Source: Camelus dromedarius
Lineage: Eukaryota
Direction: 5' to 3'
Assembly: GCF_036321535.1 (NCBI RefSeq)
Contig: NC_087436.1
Coordinates: 91,018,001-91,082,000 of the forward strand
Length of the DNA stretch: 64,000 nucleotides
This document shows, in pieces, positions 10,681 to 24,858 of this stretch. Below the pieces are notes generated by a model, which saw only the letters and a program-made list of their open reading frames with translations, ran no database searches and was not told the origin of the DNA. Position 1 is the first letter of the stretch. Every line of letters begins with the position of its first letter. The position numbers were made by a program, and so were the translations under genes.

Positions 10681-11689
10681 CCTTTACTGACAAGTCGGCT
10701 CTGAAACTGGTTGCCTTCCGGTTGGTGATTCTGGAGGCCTGTTTCCCAGGGTCCAGGCCTAAAGGTCCAGGCAGCTGGGGAGGGGGAAAGCTTCCTGCCG
10801 GAGACCGTGGGCTCTGGAGACCCTGGGCTCTGGAGGCCCTAACACACCTCAGTCCTGTCACGGGCGGGATCCTCTGGCCCTCAGCCCTGTAAATGTGTTC
10901 AGTGGGTATAAAGCCTTTTTAAAAATTTTACTTATTATTTACATTACATTATATTTTATTTTTTTTACTGAGAACTGTCATTAAACATAGTCATTTTCTA
11001 AAAAAGAAAATAGAGCTTTTGGTAATGGGGTACTTTGGCTAATATTTGACTACAGATTTGGAAAAGTTTGAGTAACAGCTGGGAAAAAAGAAGCCACAAG
11101 CCTTGTCTCTTAAGAGCTAGAGGCATCAACAATCCTTTGAAACAAATCATCTTTAACAGAGAAAAAAAGGTTAATAATCAGTATAGGTATTTTATTTATA
11201 TAACTGTACAGGCAGGCAGTACCCACTTCTTATTCTTGCGGAAAACTAGAGAAACAAGTCGCTAGCATGCAGCTGTTTTAAACTGAAAATTCTCTTTCTG
11301 TGATGCAAATTGTTGTTTTGGATGAGTCAATGATGCTCTGCCTTTCTGCCTTGGTAGGTTTTTTGTGGTGCTGGGATCAGGTAGGGGTTTAACTTGGAAA
11401 TGGGAGAATTTGCTCCCTGTTTTTTACCCTGTGTGGGTATGGGGTGCACTCCATGTATAAAGTGTTACCTGTTCTTATGGAGATGTTTATCTGTGTGGGT
11501 TTGTGATAATCAGTTGCTCACAGAGGCATAAGAAACTGAGATGCTGAGAAGCAGAGGAGGGACATGTGGGCCTGAGCTTCACCTCATTCCGTAGGAAAGA
11601 GTGTAAAAAAAATGTTCTTACAAGATAACTGGAATCTTCTCAGAGGTCTTCCAGAAAGACTCACATACACGCAAAAACGATGAGGACCC

Positions 11690-11990
11690 ATTTTAGATTA
11701 ATGGAGACTGAAGAAACGTGACTATTGAATGCAATATGGGATCACAAATCAACATTTTAAAGATTTATGAAGAACACTATTGATACAGTTGGCAGCACTG
11801 AATATAGACTCACATTTCCCACCTGTGGTAACTGCGTTGTGTTATATATACCACCAGCAATCGAATCTCAAATGGCAAAATGTTAATGGGTAAATGTAGA
11901 CGTAGGATATATAGGTGTCAAATGGTATTTTCTAACAACTTTTCTGTAGGTTTGAAGTTTTTCAAAATATACAAGTTGGAGGAAATAAAA
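11690..11990 (+). mobile_element. Old L1 (L1MC/ME-type) 3' UTR fragment
   Basis: 'ggagactgaagaaacgtgactattgaatgcaatatgggatc' ... 'aactttctgtaggtttgaagtttttcaaaat'-like text, typical of ancient L1 3' ends. Confidence 0.6.
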
Positions 11991-11999
11991 AGAAAATAG

Positions 12000-12499
12000 C
12001 CAAGTGTCCATCAACAGATGTTTGGATTAAGAAGATATGATTATATATATATATATATGATGGAATATTAACTCAGCCATAGAAAAGAACGAACTATTGC
12101 CATGGCAGCAACGTGGATGGACCTGGAGAATATTACACTCAGTGAAATAAGCCAGACAGAGAGAGACAAATACTATATCACTTACATGTGTGATGTAAAA
12201 AATCATACAAATGAATGTATATGCAAAACAGAAACAGACGCACAGATGTAGAAAATTAACTTGTGTTTACCAAAGGGGAGAGGGATGTAGGGGAGGGACA
12301 AATTAGGGGTATGGGGTTAATGGATACAAGCTACTATATATAAAATAGATAAGTGACAAGGGTAGTATATACAGCACAGGGAATTTTACCCATTATCTTG
12401 TAGTAACCTATAATGGAGTATAATCTGCAAAAATACTAAGTCACTGTGCTGTACATTGGGTACAATACTGTAGGTCAATATACTTCAATTAAAAATAAA
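12000..12499 (+). mobile_element. L1 3' end (end of ORF2 plus 3'UTR), L1MA9/cetartiodactyl-type
   Basis: 'caagtgtccatcaacagatg', 'acgtggatggacctggagaatattacactcagtgaaataagccagacagag', 'acagcacagggaatt', ending 'tacttcaattaaaaataaa'. Confidence 0.9.
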
Positions 12500-13443
12500 T
12501 TTGTTGGAGAAAAGCTTATAATTACTTAGTTTGTGGTAGCTCAAATTGGATTAACTGCTGGTAATCTGCATATGGTGAATGACTCTGCATTGGGAAAATG
12601 GTACAGTTGAACCATTGCATTTTCAAGTGATTATCCATTTGTGGAACGAGAATCAGGACACATTACTGATGATGGCAGTGGTGGAATTTTCCCTGAATAG
12701 AGCAAATATGTCCCCTGTACGTCTTCCTGCAGAGGAGCATAAAGTAGGAGAAGAAATAAGAACTTGAAAGGCAGACCTTCAAGTTAAAAGGATAAATGTG
12801 GGAGGTAGGATCTAACATTCACAAAGAAGTGTTAGAACGTGCAGGTGTAGCTGGGGTGGAATGACACTAGTCCGTGCCGCATGGAGGTAGCCTTTTACCT
12901 AAGCCTGGAAGTGCTTGTGTACTGAGCTTATGGACTTGGGAATCTCTACATTTGGTATTAACCCTTCCTTGAAGTCTCATGAAATGTTGAACTGAGCTCT
13001 GCTAGAGGGATATAAAGGCAGACTCTTCATACCCTTCCCAAGCTAGGTAGTGACCATAGTAGTGGTTTGTAGATGATCACGTGCTCTCAGAACTGCTGGA
13101 GGCCAGCAGTAAAAGACCTGATGCTGTGGTCCTATAGCTTCATGAACTTCAGGGACTACCTCCAAGAGAGACTCCCCAGAGACAATGGTGAAGACATTCT
13201 CGAAAGGTCATGCTAAAGTTTACAATTCAGTCTGGTGAGGTTTTAGGATGTTTGTGATTTGCACCATTAATGGCAACATGATTTTAATAATAGTCTTAGT
13301 CTTGGTTCAGGTCTAATGTTCATACTTAAGGAAGTGTCATATCTCCCCTGCTTGGGTGTAAGATTCTTTTGTGCAGCAATCATAATTGATTTTTCTTCTT
13401 ACCTCTTACTGCAGTTATTACATTGTATCTATCTGGTATGTAT

Positions 13444-13921
13444 TGAAAGACTCTCTCCTTGACCAAATTTTAGACAGGGTCCTCTGAGCCATCCTCTCAG
13501 CTAGTTTCAACATTTGGGCTTTGGTGTCCCTCTTTGCACTGCCTAGTTTTAGCAAAAGTCCTGCTAAGTCAATTTAGCAAGAATAACCCCTCTCCATATT
13601 TGATCACCTTCAATAGCTGATCAAATTCCTTATCCCCTACTGTCTCCCAGGTAATATCTGATCACCCAGGCCTGCCTTCAGCAAGAATCCTGTCAAGATG
13701 GTTTAGCTAGAATCCCTCCTTACCCCTGATATTTCCTCTTACTAATTTTCCATCCATTTACCACCACCCTGATTCTTGGTGTAAATCCCTACTTGTTCTT
13801 GTATTCCGAAATGAGCCCGATTCTATACTGAGGTCTCTTTTCCCCTATTGCAATAGATCCTGAATAAAATAAGTTTTTACTGCTTTAACTGATGTCCAGT
13901 TCTGGGTTTTCTTTAATAACA
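13444..13921 (+). mobile_element. ERV1 solo LTR (MER39/MER34-like)
   Basis: TG...CA termini; starts 'tgaaagactctctccttgaccaaattttagacagg'; AATAAA at ~13863; ends 'tttctttaataaca'. Confidence 0.75.
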
Positions 13922-16771
13922 TTAATTAGATATATTTTGAGTGGAACTGAACCCACATTCCATTTCACAATACCAATTTTGTGATTGTTGTGACTTTAAA
14001 GAAAGTTTCTTTGCAGCAACTTTGACAAAACTTGTGAAAATGTATAAGAAAAACTTTAAAAATTCATCTATTAACCTACACTTTGCAGTGATTACTATCT
14101 ATAAACACTATTTTAAATGCCACAATATCCTAAGCCATCTTCCCTTCTCTGAAAACAATTCTGGACTTCCCTGCCATCTGAAAAATAATATTCTCTGATC
14201 TTTAGGCTATATTGATGCTGTCTGGCCACCACACTCTGCCTAAGTGTTCTTATTTCATGTAGAATCTCTAGCTGTATCCCTGAGTTTGCAAGCTGAAAGT
14301 TGACAGACACTGAAGCTTGAATGAGAGCTGAAGTGTCTGTATCGATTAACACGCCTTTTAGACAGTGCATTTCCTGTGTCCTGATGACCCTGTTGGCAAA
14401 GTATCTCTGTCTTTGAATTATGAATAATACTTGTATGAGAAGCTGCCTCCTTAATTTCTGAGTTGCATTTCAGTGGGGCCATTATAAATAGAGGATTAAG
14501 TTTGGCTACGTGTGGGATTTCATTGAGAATGATGCAGAGTGCTGTCCCTCCCAGAATTTGGAGTTGGTCTCAGTGGTGCCCCTCTGCCAAAGGATTCTCA
14601 TATCCTCTGCAGGCTGTTGATATCAGGGAGTGCTGGTAAGAAGTATATTTTCAATAGTTCACGTATTCATCAAAGTTTTAGTTTCTGAAGTGGAGATGGT
14701 AGTGAAGCCTGTTCTCAGCATTCATCTGGACCTTATACCTCCAATCGCTAAAACAGTTGGTTTCTGTTCAGCTTTTTGTTCTCTCTGTCTTAAGATGGAC
14801 TGAGACTCTTAGCATACAAATTTTAGAAAATAAGTCAATTGATATTAAAATCTTCTGTATGCCCCAAAGCTTTTATTTTAAGCACAGATTCTGCCCAAAT
14901 CCAAGAATGGAAAGAATATTCAGTTTGATCTTGTCCTATAATCAAGCTTTATTTTTATGCAATTTTATTCTCTTTGCTAGAACTTTGTGTGAATTAACAG
15001 TGGAACTTAACCAAATCATCTTCATTTTCAGAAAAAAAAGATCATCTGAATCAACCTTACCCTATAAACCTCATCAGTAAAACTCAATAACCAAGTTGAC
15101 TTTAACGCAGACTAAACTACACCAAGCATTTAACCTGGAATGCTTGGGAAACATACATTATACACTTCCTGAAAAGATTCTTAAAAGGAGCATTCATTAG
15201 GCATTGAAATGCTGACCTGCTTTTGTATGAGTAGAGGGTCTCAGCTTGTCAGTTTCTTTGTTTTTGTCAAGTGAACGCTTCCTTCAGATAAAAACTTTCA
15301 AGTGGCTTCTGATTTAATTCATGAGTTTTAATTTATATGAGTTTAATTGTTTAGAATAACAAATAAGCAAAGTATGTGCACGTGTGTGTGTTTCCATCTA
15401 TCTATCTAGCCACCTATGTTTCATTTTTTATGAGGTCACATACTGAATAATTGACTTAAGTAACTGAAGCATTATAAAGCGTCATAATATGAAAGTCACA
15501 TAATGTGATATGGATGACCAATAGCAATTTGTACGTATAAAATATATATTTGAATGTATGTGTGTGTATTTTAAACTTGTGTAAGAAAATTTGTGCATGC
15601 TGGAAATTTTTTGGAATGTTATTTATCAAGCAGAGTGCCACCAATGTTATAGATGGAACCAAGTTACTAATTATGTCATTAAAAAACATATTTTGAAAAT
15701 GAGAGTACTGATTTGAAATAATGGTACTGTTTGTTTAAGACAAAAGGTAAATGTGCAAATCTTATATTTTAATTTCAGAATTTGTGCTTTTCTGACTCCA
15801 GCAAAGACAGGACAAGGGAGAATATGGAGAGATCACTATAAATCCAGGTACACATCACCTATTTAATACTACGTATGCGGTTGGGGCTTAAAAGCAAGAA
15901 GATGTAGCTCCTCCCCATAAAAGGCTTACAATCTGTGTAATGGATTCTTGCCTATAAATATAGAATGTAATTATTTAGCCTGGTTGTATGAAACATAACA
16001 GCACATCATGACCTCGCTGCTACCTTATTACTAGGGGAAAATGAGGGACACTCTTCTGACTTTCAAGGCCAAATGTGTGTTAGCTCGAGACTGATGCATT
16101 AGATAGGATTCTGCAGATGTTCTAGTTACGATCTTTTAGTTGAAGGAAACAGAGACTCACTCAAGTTGTCTTGATAATGAAGGATTTATGGTAAGGAAAC
16201 ATTTAGGGCAATTAGAGAGACATAGATGGAATAGGGTTCCATGAATGGAAACCATAGTAAATCTGGCCATCATACAAATGCAACTTGATCCAAGGCAGCA
16301 CTAACAATTTCAGCAGCCAAAGTTCGTGAATTGTCAGGAGCTTGACAGCAGTGCTGTGTTCTTTGTGTTGACTTGTGTAGTCTTTCCATTACTCAGCCTT
16401 CTAACTCTGCTTCCTCAAACCTTCAGCTTGCTGTGACCATTTATGACCCCAACCCTAAACCCTTCTGGGCCCTGTCTAATCCTCGTGGCTGCTTTGTATT
16501 CTTAACAGCTATACACTTCACAGTTAATTGGTAATTTTTTTTTTTTTTTTTTTGCTTTTAGGCATTTAACAGATAGAATTCTTGAGATCTAGAATCTTAT
16601 AGGTCTTTTCTATTAGGATGCTTATTGTTTTAATTGCTTTTTAAACATTTTAATATATCAGTGTTAACTGATTTTTTATTGTAAAATAGTTTTCACAATT
16701 CATTATTTGCTTTTTAATTTTGATCGGTGTTTTCTGACATACTTTAGCTTTACATTTTTAATTGTTAGATT

Positions 16772-16777
16772 TATCTG

Positions 16778-16828
<51 letters not shown>
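16772..16828. repeat. (TCTA)n tetranucleotide microsatellite
   Basis: About 12 near-perfect TCTA units read directly. Confidence 0.95.
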
Positions 16829-17377
16829 CTTCTTCCTAGATTTTGCTTTTGCTAACAGACTCAGAAAGGTCTCCTCCTCTACAGCATTATGTAATTATTC
16901 CCCATTATTAGTGTGTTTTGAATTGTAGTCTACAGACTGAGTTTGCTTAATTAAATGTAGAATCCTGGTGCCCCACCCTAGACTTATTTTATTAGATTTC
17001 TCTTCAATGTGAGACCCAAATAATCTGTTTTTTTTTAAATCAAGAAAAAGAGTTTATCTTTTTGCATATTACAATTTGACATAGTTGGTATATGTTTCTA
17101 GTACATCATGAAGACTACAAATTACTTTTAAATGATTATAAAAGGAAATTATTATTTGAAAAAGTCCTGCAAAACAGAAGTATATAAAATAAATGTGAAA
17201 GTTATCTTTTAATTATTTCTTTGGGGATGAAGAATATTATTAATAAGTTTGCTTTGAATTCTTCAGAACGTGCTTTTTACACAGTGAAATTTTGATTGTC
17301 TTACAAATTGGGACTAGATGATCTTGTAGACGAAGAATTAATTTGTAAACTTCTGTAATACTTTCTTCTTTTAACAG

Positions 17378-17482
17378 GGAAATCTAACAAAAACTTGATA
17401 TACAGGTTCTTTTGTACAATTCAAGGATTCCTGCAGCAGTAATATAGATTATGCATCATGCTATGTTCAAAAACTAATAAGG
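17378..17482 (+). other. Candidate internal exon (105 nt) of the CpG-island transcript
   Basis: Strong acceptor 'tactttcttcttttaacag|', weaker donor AGG|GTATTT. All three frames contain a stop, so it is either a 5'UTR/start-codon exon or decayed coding sequence. Confidence 0.35.
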
Positions 17483-19683
17483 GTATTTAGATATACTTAC
17501 ATTGTATAAAATTTTCACTCAGGTTACTTTATACTATTTAAAAAATTCCAAAGGAAATATTACAAATTATCCATTATAACATGAGCTGAACATAGTAGTA
17601 AAGCTATTCTTATTTTATTTTCTGTCATGCAAAGTTCCTTGCAAATTGTTATAGAGGATAAATTACTTTTAAAAATTCTGGTCTTGTGGAGTTTGATCTT
17701 GTTGATAAAATTTTCAAAGGACATTGAATGTCCTCAGAAGTGGCAGTTTTACGTCAAGTGCAAAAATACATGTTAATCTTGGATGACAGTTTGTCTTTTA
17801 TCATGGCTTCCCATGTATTATTGAACTTGATTTTGAAGATGAGCAGGCTGTCTTATTCAGCTGTTTGACCAGAAAGAAATTCACAGTCATTAGGTACAGA
17901 GCAGTGATTTTCTTTTTTCTTTAAAGTTGAATGTAGGCTTTTGTTTAACCCATTTAGTAAATTTTAATTGCACTATTTTAATTGAATTTTGTGATAACAA
18001 TTTTCTAGTGCTGTCCATTGCAATAGCTGTCATCTTGGGCCTAACCTTGGTATATGTTAGCATGCATGGGCTTTTTAGTCCACGGCCTTTCTGATTCACT
18101 GAGACTATGGAATTTATACAAAAGAGAATCAATCCACAGCCATGGTTCTCCACCAAATGTGAATCTACTCGAAAGTCTGATTGTGGGACCTAAGGCCTAT
18201 TTTCAGACTCTTGTCTTCTGTATCTGTACCTGTTCCCTAGGCAGGCATCTCGTCTAGCCTCAGACCTTTAGATTCGGCTTCATGCCAATGACTCCCAAAT
18301 TTCCCAGGCAATTAAGGACTGAGCAATCAATCTTCTATCCTCCTGGGTAGAGTGAAAGTCCCCACTGAAAACCCTGGCTGAGAGTACTGCTGAAGAGGCA
18401 GAAACTTTCCATGGGAGTTTCTAAATGTAAAGTAAACTGAAAAGCTCCTAGGGTTGTTTTGTTGTTGTTGTTGTTGTTGCTATTTTATAGAAAGAACTGA
18501 GTAAGAATGAAACCAACACAGGAAAAATCACTGCTAAGAGGTGGATGAAGATGGATTTTTGGTTAATTCATTTTAGCACATAAGCTGGAACAAGCGTACT
18601 CCTGGCCTTATCAGTAACCTTTTTATTCATACAAGCTAAAATTTACCTTTACTTGCTTAAGCTGTTTTCAATTCTCTGCAAATAAATCAATGACACAGAA
18701 AATACTTAAATACTAATATCAAATGGTAAAAACACATATACTTTTAAAATTTCTAATATTTCAGATAGTCAAGCATATGCAAAAAAACCCCAAAACTGTA
18801 GTTCTTTTTGAGAAATAGAATTATGTAAGTTTTTCTTTAGTGACTTTTTTAATCTTCAGATTTTCTACAAAAAGCATCTGTGATGTTTATAGTTGGAAAA
18901 GCTATAAATCTAATATGGTAAAACCTAGCTTTTCCATTATTATGAATGTTATTTCCTCAATATTATTACTGACAAATATTCTCTGTGCTTGAATATAGTC
19001 TTGCTTGAAAATTCAACTTAGCAGTTTTAGTTTTACTTGATGCATGATTTTGAGTTCATTTTAAAAGAAGAACATACACCTGGCAAATAGCTTTATCTCA
19101 ATTCATAAAGATTTTTGTTTCCTACTTTAACCGTGTGTTTTTTAACTTATAATTCTCACCTCTAAATTTCTAATTTTTTCTTCCTTTAATTGCCTATAGA
19201 TTGTCTTCCTACTGCTTGTTTTGAAATGTTCCAGTGCATATACTTTTCCATTTCTCTTTGCCTTTTAGAACGTGACATGAACTAGAACTGTTGCTTTATG
19301 TGCATTTGAAAGCAGTGTCTTGTGAATAGCCACATGAGTAGTTGTGATGGAAGTGGACAGTAATTGCTATTTTAAGTGCTGCTACTACTGCCTCTGTAAA
19401 AAAAAAAAAATTAGATTTTTAAGCCTTTGTGTTTTGAAAAAGTTTGCAGAAGACTGAAACATGATGTGAGTTGGCTCCTATTCTGGCTGATATCTAATTT
19501 ATCCCAAATTATCATATTAAAATATTATCCAATATTGAATAAATTTTCTATCTAAATAGAGACTATGATTCATTGTAAAAGCATTTGATACACCATGGAG
19601 TTATTGGGAATTGCAGTGTGTTAGTAGCTAATGCATAAATGTACATGGAGCACTAGTAAACATGAGGCATTTGGATGCTCAGA

Positions 19684-19733
19684 TGCCATGTAACAATAGA
19701 ATTTTTCTTGCCATGTAACAATAGAATTTTTCT
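19684..19733. repeat. Perfect 25-bp tandem duplication
   Basis: tgccatgtaacaatagaatttttct occurs twice (19684-19708, 19709-19733). Confidence 0.95.
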
Positions 19734-22700
19734 TCTTTCTAATGTTGGGAGAAGAGTCTTACTTAACTTAGAAGTTATTTCTTCCAGATATCAGAATGGC
19801 CTTCAGCAGTAAAAAGAGAAAATATCTCTGGGAATTTTTAGGCAGCTGCTCAAGAAGATTTGACAGAGGTGAAACTGGAAAAGAATCACATCTATGGAAA
19901 ATTTGCCAACCTACAAATCTGTGTTAGGGTTATAGGAATACAGCTGAGAAAGTTTCTGCATTGAAGTCAGCCTGGATCAATTAAAGAAGAGACAGAATTC
20001 TCTGAAGTTTGAATAGAAGTTCTTATAAAAGGAAGTAATTAGCCTGACATGAACCAGTTTGGGAACAGAACAGGGTTAGTGGGTGGGTTACAAAAACAAA
20101 AGAAAAAAAAAGAAAAGAAGGCAAAAATAGCAGAAGCAGATCTGGCCCAGACCTGGGACAGAGAGAGTCCCTTGGGGAAACCTAACTAAGAGTTTTAGTG
20201 TCTTAGAGTGGAAGGGCTGATCATTCATACAAGAACCATACACCGGTCTTAACTGCTTTTGTGTGATTTGCTGTTATTGTCGTGTAAGACTGCATAGTTC
20301 ATTCCATAACATGTATTCAATTCTTCTCAACTTTCTTTTTGGCCTAAATTAATAGAGCTTAGGCTATTGTTAAGTAGAACAGGAAGAAATTAAATCTCAT
20401 TCAGTTTAGTAGAGCAGATATTTCTTAACAGCTTAGTAAATTGCAGGCATAATACTTGGTGAGAAAGGTGAGATGCTGCTTCACACCTGGAGGCATCCAG
20501 GCAGCATCATGCAGTGTTCAAGGAGTGTGAACACGACGTAATATGAGGTTCCTTTATCCAGCCCTCAGTGCTGCGAGGCTGAAGCGCTGGGGCCAGGTAA
20601 GGCTTGCTCAGGAGGTGGTGCTTGATGTGAATATTGAAGAAGAGTAAGAGTGTGTTATGCAAACGGTAGAAGTAGACTGGTTGGGGCTGGCACAGGGTGA
20701 AGGAATATTCTAGAATCAGAGAATGGGATTTGTAAAGGCAGGCCAAGATTGTGCTGCTGTCAATGAACAGGCCAGATAAACAGCATGGTTTCTGTGACTG
20801 TTTCTTAATTTTTAAGGACGAGGAGTAGTTATTTACCTTGGTCCACATCTCTGTTAATTGCTAGTATTAGAAATTTTGCTTTTTTTAAAAAACATGAGAT
20901 TTCTTATACATTAGAAGCCTGGATTTAGTGTAATATTAATGGTTTGTAATGATTTGGTCGTATAATCACCTAAAGTTGGAGATTCCAGTCTAATGGGCTT
21001 TCTTATTTTTCATAAAGCATGTGACATTGTTATTTTTGTAGTTTTATATATTTTTTGAAAGTTGTGCTTCATATATCTTAGCCCATTTTACTGTAATATC
21101 TAGAGGGCTTTGTAAATCAAAGTTTATGTGTTTTAAAGTCTTTTTTTTTAAAGTAAAGCTGGTGGTTAGGCTTCAGAAATAGATACATTTACAAAAGAAG
21201 GGTATTAGAAGATTAACAAAGAAACCAGTTTCTCAGTAATTATAAATATTTACCTCCTTTTATATAATTAATGTGCCTTCAAAAGAGTGGAAATACACAC
21301 TCTTGATATCATATAATCTATATACAAAAGCAAGTAGAACTCACTCTTTACAACAGACATGGTAGAGAGAAAAAAAAGGCATATGAATGAAATTCTTTAA
21401 CCTGGGCATTTTTGTAATGCTAGTGAGCCAGAAATGTCAAAAAAAATTACATACTTCTGAGTTTGCCCAAAGCAACAAATCTCTCAATCCCCATTTGTCT
21501 TTTGCTAGACTCTCTTTTTTTCCTTTTCTTTGCTCTCTTTTTGTAGTTAGCACACAGTGGGTAGATACTTAGCTGTTTCAGGATTTCACAGCTTTCTGTG
21601 GATCGCTGTACAGATTAAATAATTTCCCCCAAGTAACACTGTGGAAGAGGAAGTCCTATAATGGTACTTAAAAATCAGAATCTAATAGGATGTTGGCTAC
21701 TGCTTTGATTTCCAATCATTTTTAAGGACTCAAGTTCTATTTCTTGAAATACTGCGATCTAATTATTTTGGTACTATAAAGATCTCCTTTACTTAGTATT
21801 GGTCTGTGATTCTTGTAATTCGTTGAGAGTATATTAAACTTAAATACAAATACACGAATAAAAATTTTGGTAATGTCTTGTCTTCGGGACTTTCTTCAGT
21901 GATGAAGATGTATGCTAATGATTTTTCCATATAAAAGTGCCTGGATCTATTTCTTCTCTTTGTTCTCCCAATCTGCAAGTATGCAGACAAAAATTAGTTC
22001 ATATATTTTTATGGTTTCCCATCTAAGGTTAGATTTGCTCTCTTCCTAAGCTACTTAGTGTAACTCCATTACTTCATTTATCTTTGCAGCTGTAGCCAAA
22101 AGCTCTGAGTGTTTTATTTCCTTACTTTAAATGGATTGGGAAGTTTCCAGTGACAATAAGGTTAGCTTTATTGACTATATTTCTAAATTATGGTAATTCT
22201 TCCGTTGCCCCTTCTATGGACTAGCTATGGTTGTGCACAAAGGGAGAAAGTAATTGTATTTACTTCAAAAAGAATGACTGTTTTGAATATTTTATTAGAA
22301 CAGTGTTCCTCCTGAGTAGTATATAGTTGTTTTACTCTTCTTGAATTTTTTTAACTTCATGTTTCTCAAAAACTAAAGACCCTCACACGTAATTTTTAAG
22401 CAGAGTAATTACTTAACTTATATTACATGTTTTCCTACTCTTTGAGATTAAATTCAGACTAGAACTCGATGAAAAATGACAGTTTTATGTTGCTAAGGCC
22501 TGGAGATTATTTCTGATAGTTACTTTTTAATGATCTTTACTTTAAAAGAAAAGGAGCTGAATCAAATTTTGATTTATAAGAAGATGAGGCCAGGGAGGAA
22601 GATGAGGAATGGGGACCAGGCAAGAGGATGCTGGGCTGGGAGACTCAGATGGTTCTGGAGTTGGAACAGGGATGGCGGTCCCACAGTCATGAATGGTGGT

Positions 22701-22869
22701 CATAGAGATGCTGGAATCTGCAGTGCCTGCCAGGGAAGAACTGAAGAGAGAGAATGATTCCCTATAAGTTGCTTCAGTCAAGTACCTGGTGTTGCCCAGA
22801 GAATCTGTTCCAGCACCAAGGCTTGGAGCAATCTGCCTGGACAGGCTGTTGACCACATTTTCCCCCAGG

Positions 22870-23585
22870 TTTATTACAATATAATTGACACGCAGCACTG
22901 TATAACTTTGAGTGCTGTATTGACATGCAGCACTGTATTATGTGTAGCGTAATGATATCACTTACATAGATCATGAAATGATTACCACAGTAAGTTACTT
23001 AACATCCATCATCTCATATAGGTACAAAAGGAAAAAATGAAAAGAAATTTTTTTCCATAAGATGAAAACTGTTAGGATTTACTCTCAACAATTTTCATAT
23101 ATATATATATATATATATGATACAGCAGTGTTAATTATAGTTATCATGTTGTACATTTCATCTTTAGTACTTATTTATCTCATAATTGGTAACCACAAAT
23201 CTGATCTCTTTTACTATGTTTGGTTTTGTTTTTTAGATTCCACATATAAATGAGATCAAACAGTAGTTGTCTTTCACTCTGACTTATTTCACTAAGCATA
23301 ATGCCCTCAAGGTCCATCCATGATTATTGCAAATGTCAGGATTTCCTTGTTTTTATGGCTAAATAATTTTCACATGTGTATGTGTGTATCTCATAAATTC
23401 TTTATCCATTCATTCATTAATGGACACTTAGGTTGTTTCCGTATCTTGGCTTATTATAAATAATGCTGCTGTAAGCATAGGGGTGCAGATACCTCTTTGA
23501 CATAATGTTTTTGTTTCCTTCAAATAAGTTCTCAGAAGTGGCTCTAATAGATAATATGGCATTTCTATTTTTCATTTTTGCAGAA
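22870..23585 (-). mobile_element. L1 3' end (L1MA9/10-like)
   Basis: Reverse L1 text: 'tttattacaatataattgaca', 'tttagattccacatataaatgagatca', 'ggacacttaggttgtttccgtatcttggc', with an internal (TA)n. Confidence 0.85.
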
Positions 23586-24349
23586 TGGTGATCATATTAT
23601 TGAAGTATTTTGTCCTGGCCAGGCCTTAATACCTTATCCGGCCTTCTTTAATCATTGCATAAATGGCATCAGCATCCTACTGTTGATTTAAGATCTCTAA
23701 AATCAAATTTTGAAATGCCTCATCTGTACATTCCAGCCATTTCAATTGTCTGTCTTGTTTGTCACTGTATCCCCACTGCCAAGTTTAGTGAATTGGACAG
23801 AGAAGATGTTTAATAAATACTTGTTGAATGAATGAATGAATGAATGAGAGATACCTTGATTGGTGGGAGAAGGCAGAAAATCTCCTACTTATATGTTGAG
23901 ACCCAATGGAAAACATTAGAAATTTCCAAGTTGTGTATAGAGGTAAAAGGCCATTCCATTTATAGTTTAATTTGAGCTCTTTCTTTTCCCAACACACACA
24001 CATATCACATCTCTTCAGATCTCTCTCTTTCCAGTACAAGTTAGCACAGTGTTCTTCTGCATCTTCATGCCTGGACCTTTCCAGAACGACCCTTGGGCCT
24101 ACACTCCTTTTTCCTACTGTCTCTTAATTAAACGTTGCAAAATATCATTATCGAAAATCCTGTAACTAACTTGCATTAGTATAAAATAAGTTTAAAATGC
24201 TATTTTGTCCAGGTGTTGGAAGGATTAAGTTCTAGTCAAAAAGGTGAATTTCAACAGACAACTTTGAGGGCTCTGAGAAAAATACTTGAGTAAAAGTATA
24301 TTTCAGAATCCTTAAAAGATACTAATTTTTTAATTTACAAAAATATAGT

Positions 24350-24858
24350 GTCTTCCAGTTATCTATTGCTCTGTAAAAAAAAATCACCCCAAAGCATAAT
24401 GTCTTAAAAGAAAATATTTTCTCTCACGGTTCTGTGGGTTGACTGGGCCCCAGGAGGGTGGTCCTAACTTAAGTCTCTCCCAGGTCAGACTGGAGGCCTT
24501 AAAGTCTTGTCCCAGATGGCTCATTCACAAAGTTGGTAGGTGATGCTGTCTGTCACCTAGGAGCTCGGGACCAGAGCCCCTACACGTGGACTCCTCCTGT
24601 AGTTGGGCCTTCTCACGGCATAAAAGTGCCGAGTTCCAAGAGGGAAAGTCCCAAGAATGAGCATCCTGAGGTTCAGGAAGAAACCTGACCTCAGAAGCCC
24701 CTGAATATCACTCCCACCGAATTTTATTAGTTGGGCGACAGGATCTGGCCTGATTCAAGAAGAAGGAAGTTAGATTCAACTATCTGACGCAGGTGTGACG
24801 TGCAGCTATGAGCGGGAACAGCATTGACACTGGCCTTATTCAGAGACAACCTGCCACA
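24350..24858 (-). mobile_element. MLT1 (MaLR) LTR, older subfamily
   Basis: 'cagttatctattgctctgtaa...caccccaaagc...ctcacggttctgtgggttgactgggc', ending 'agagacaacctgccaca'. Confidence 0.7.

Noticed and set aside
14113..14482. Minus-strand ORFs next to the MER39-like LTR, considered as an ERV env fragment
   Set aside because: No convincing immunosuppressive-domain (LQNRxxLD) or CX6CC motif, and the orientation is opposite to the adjacent LTR.
21793..22260. Possible DNA-transposase fossil or coding exon on the minus strand
   Set aside because: No recognisable motif and no convincing splice-site pair.
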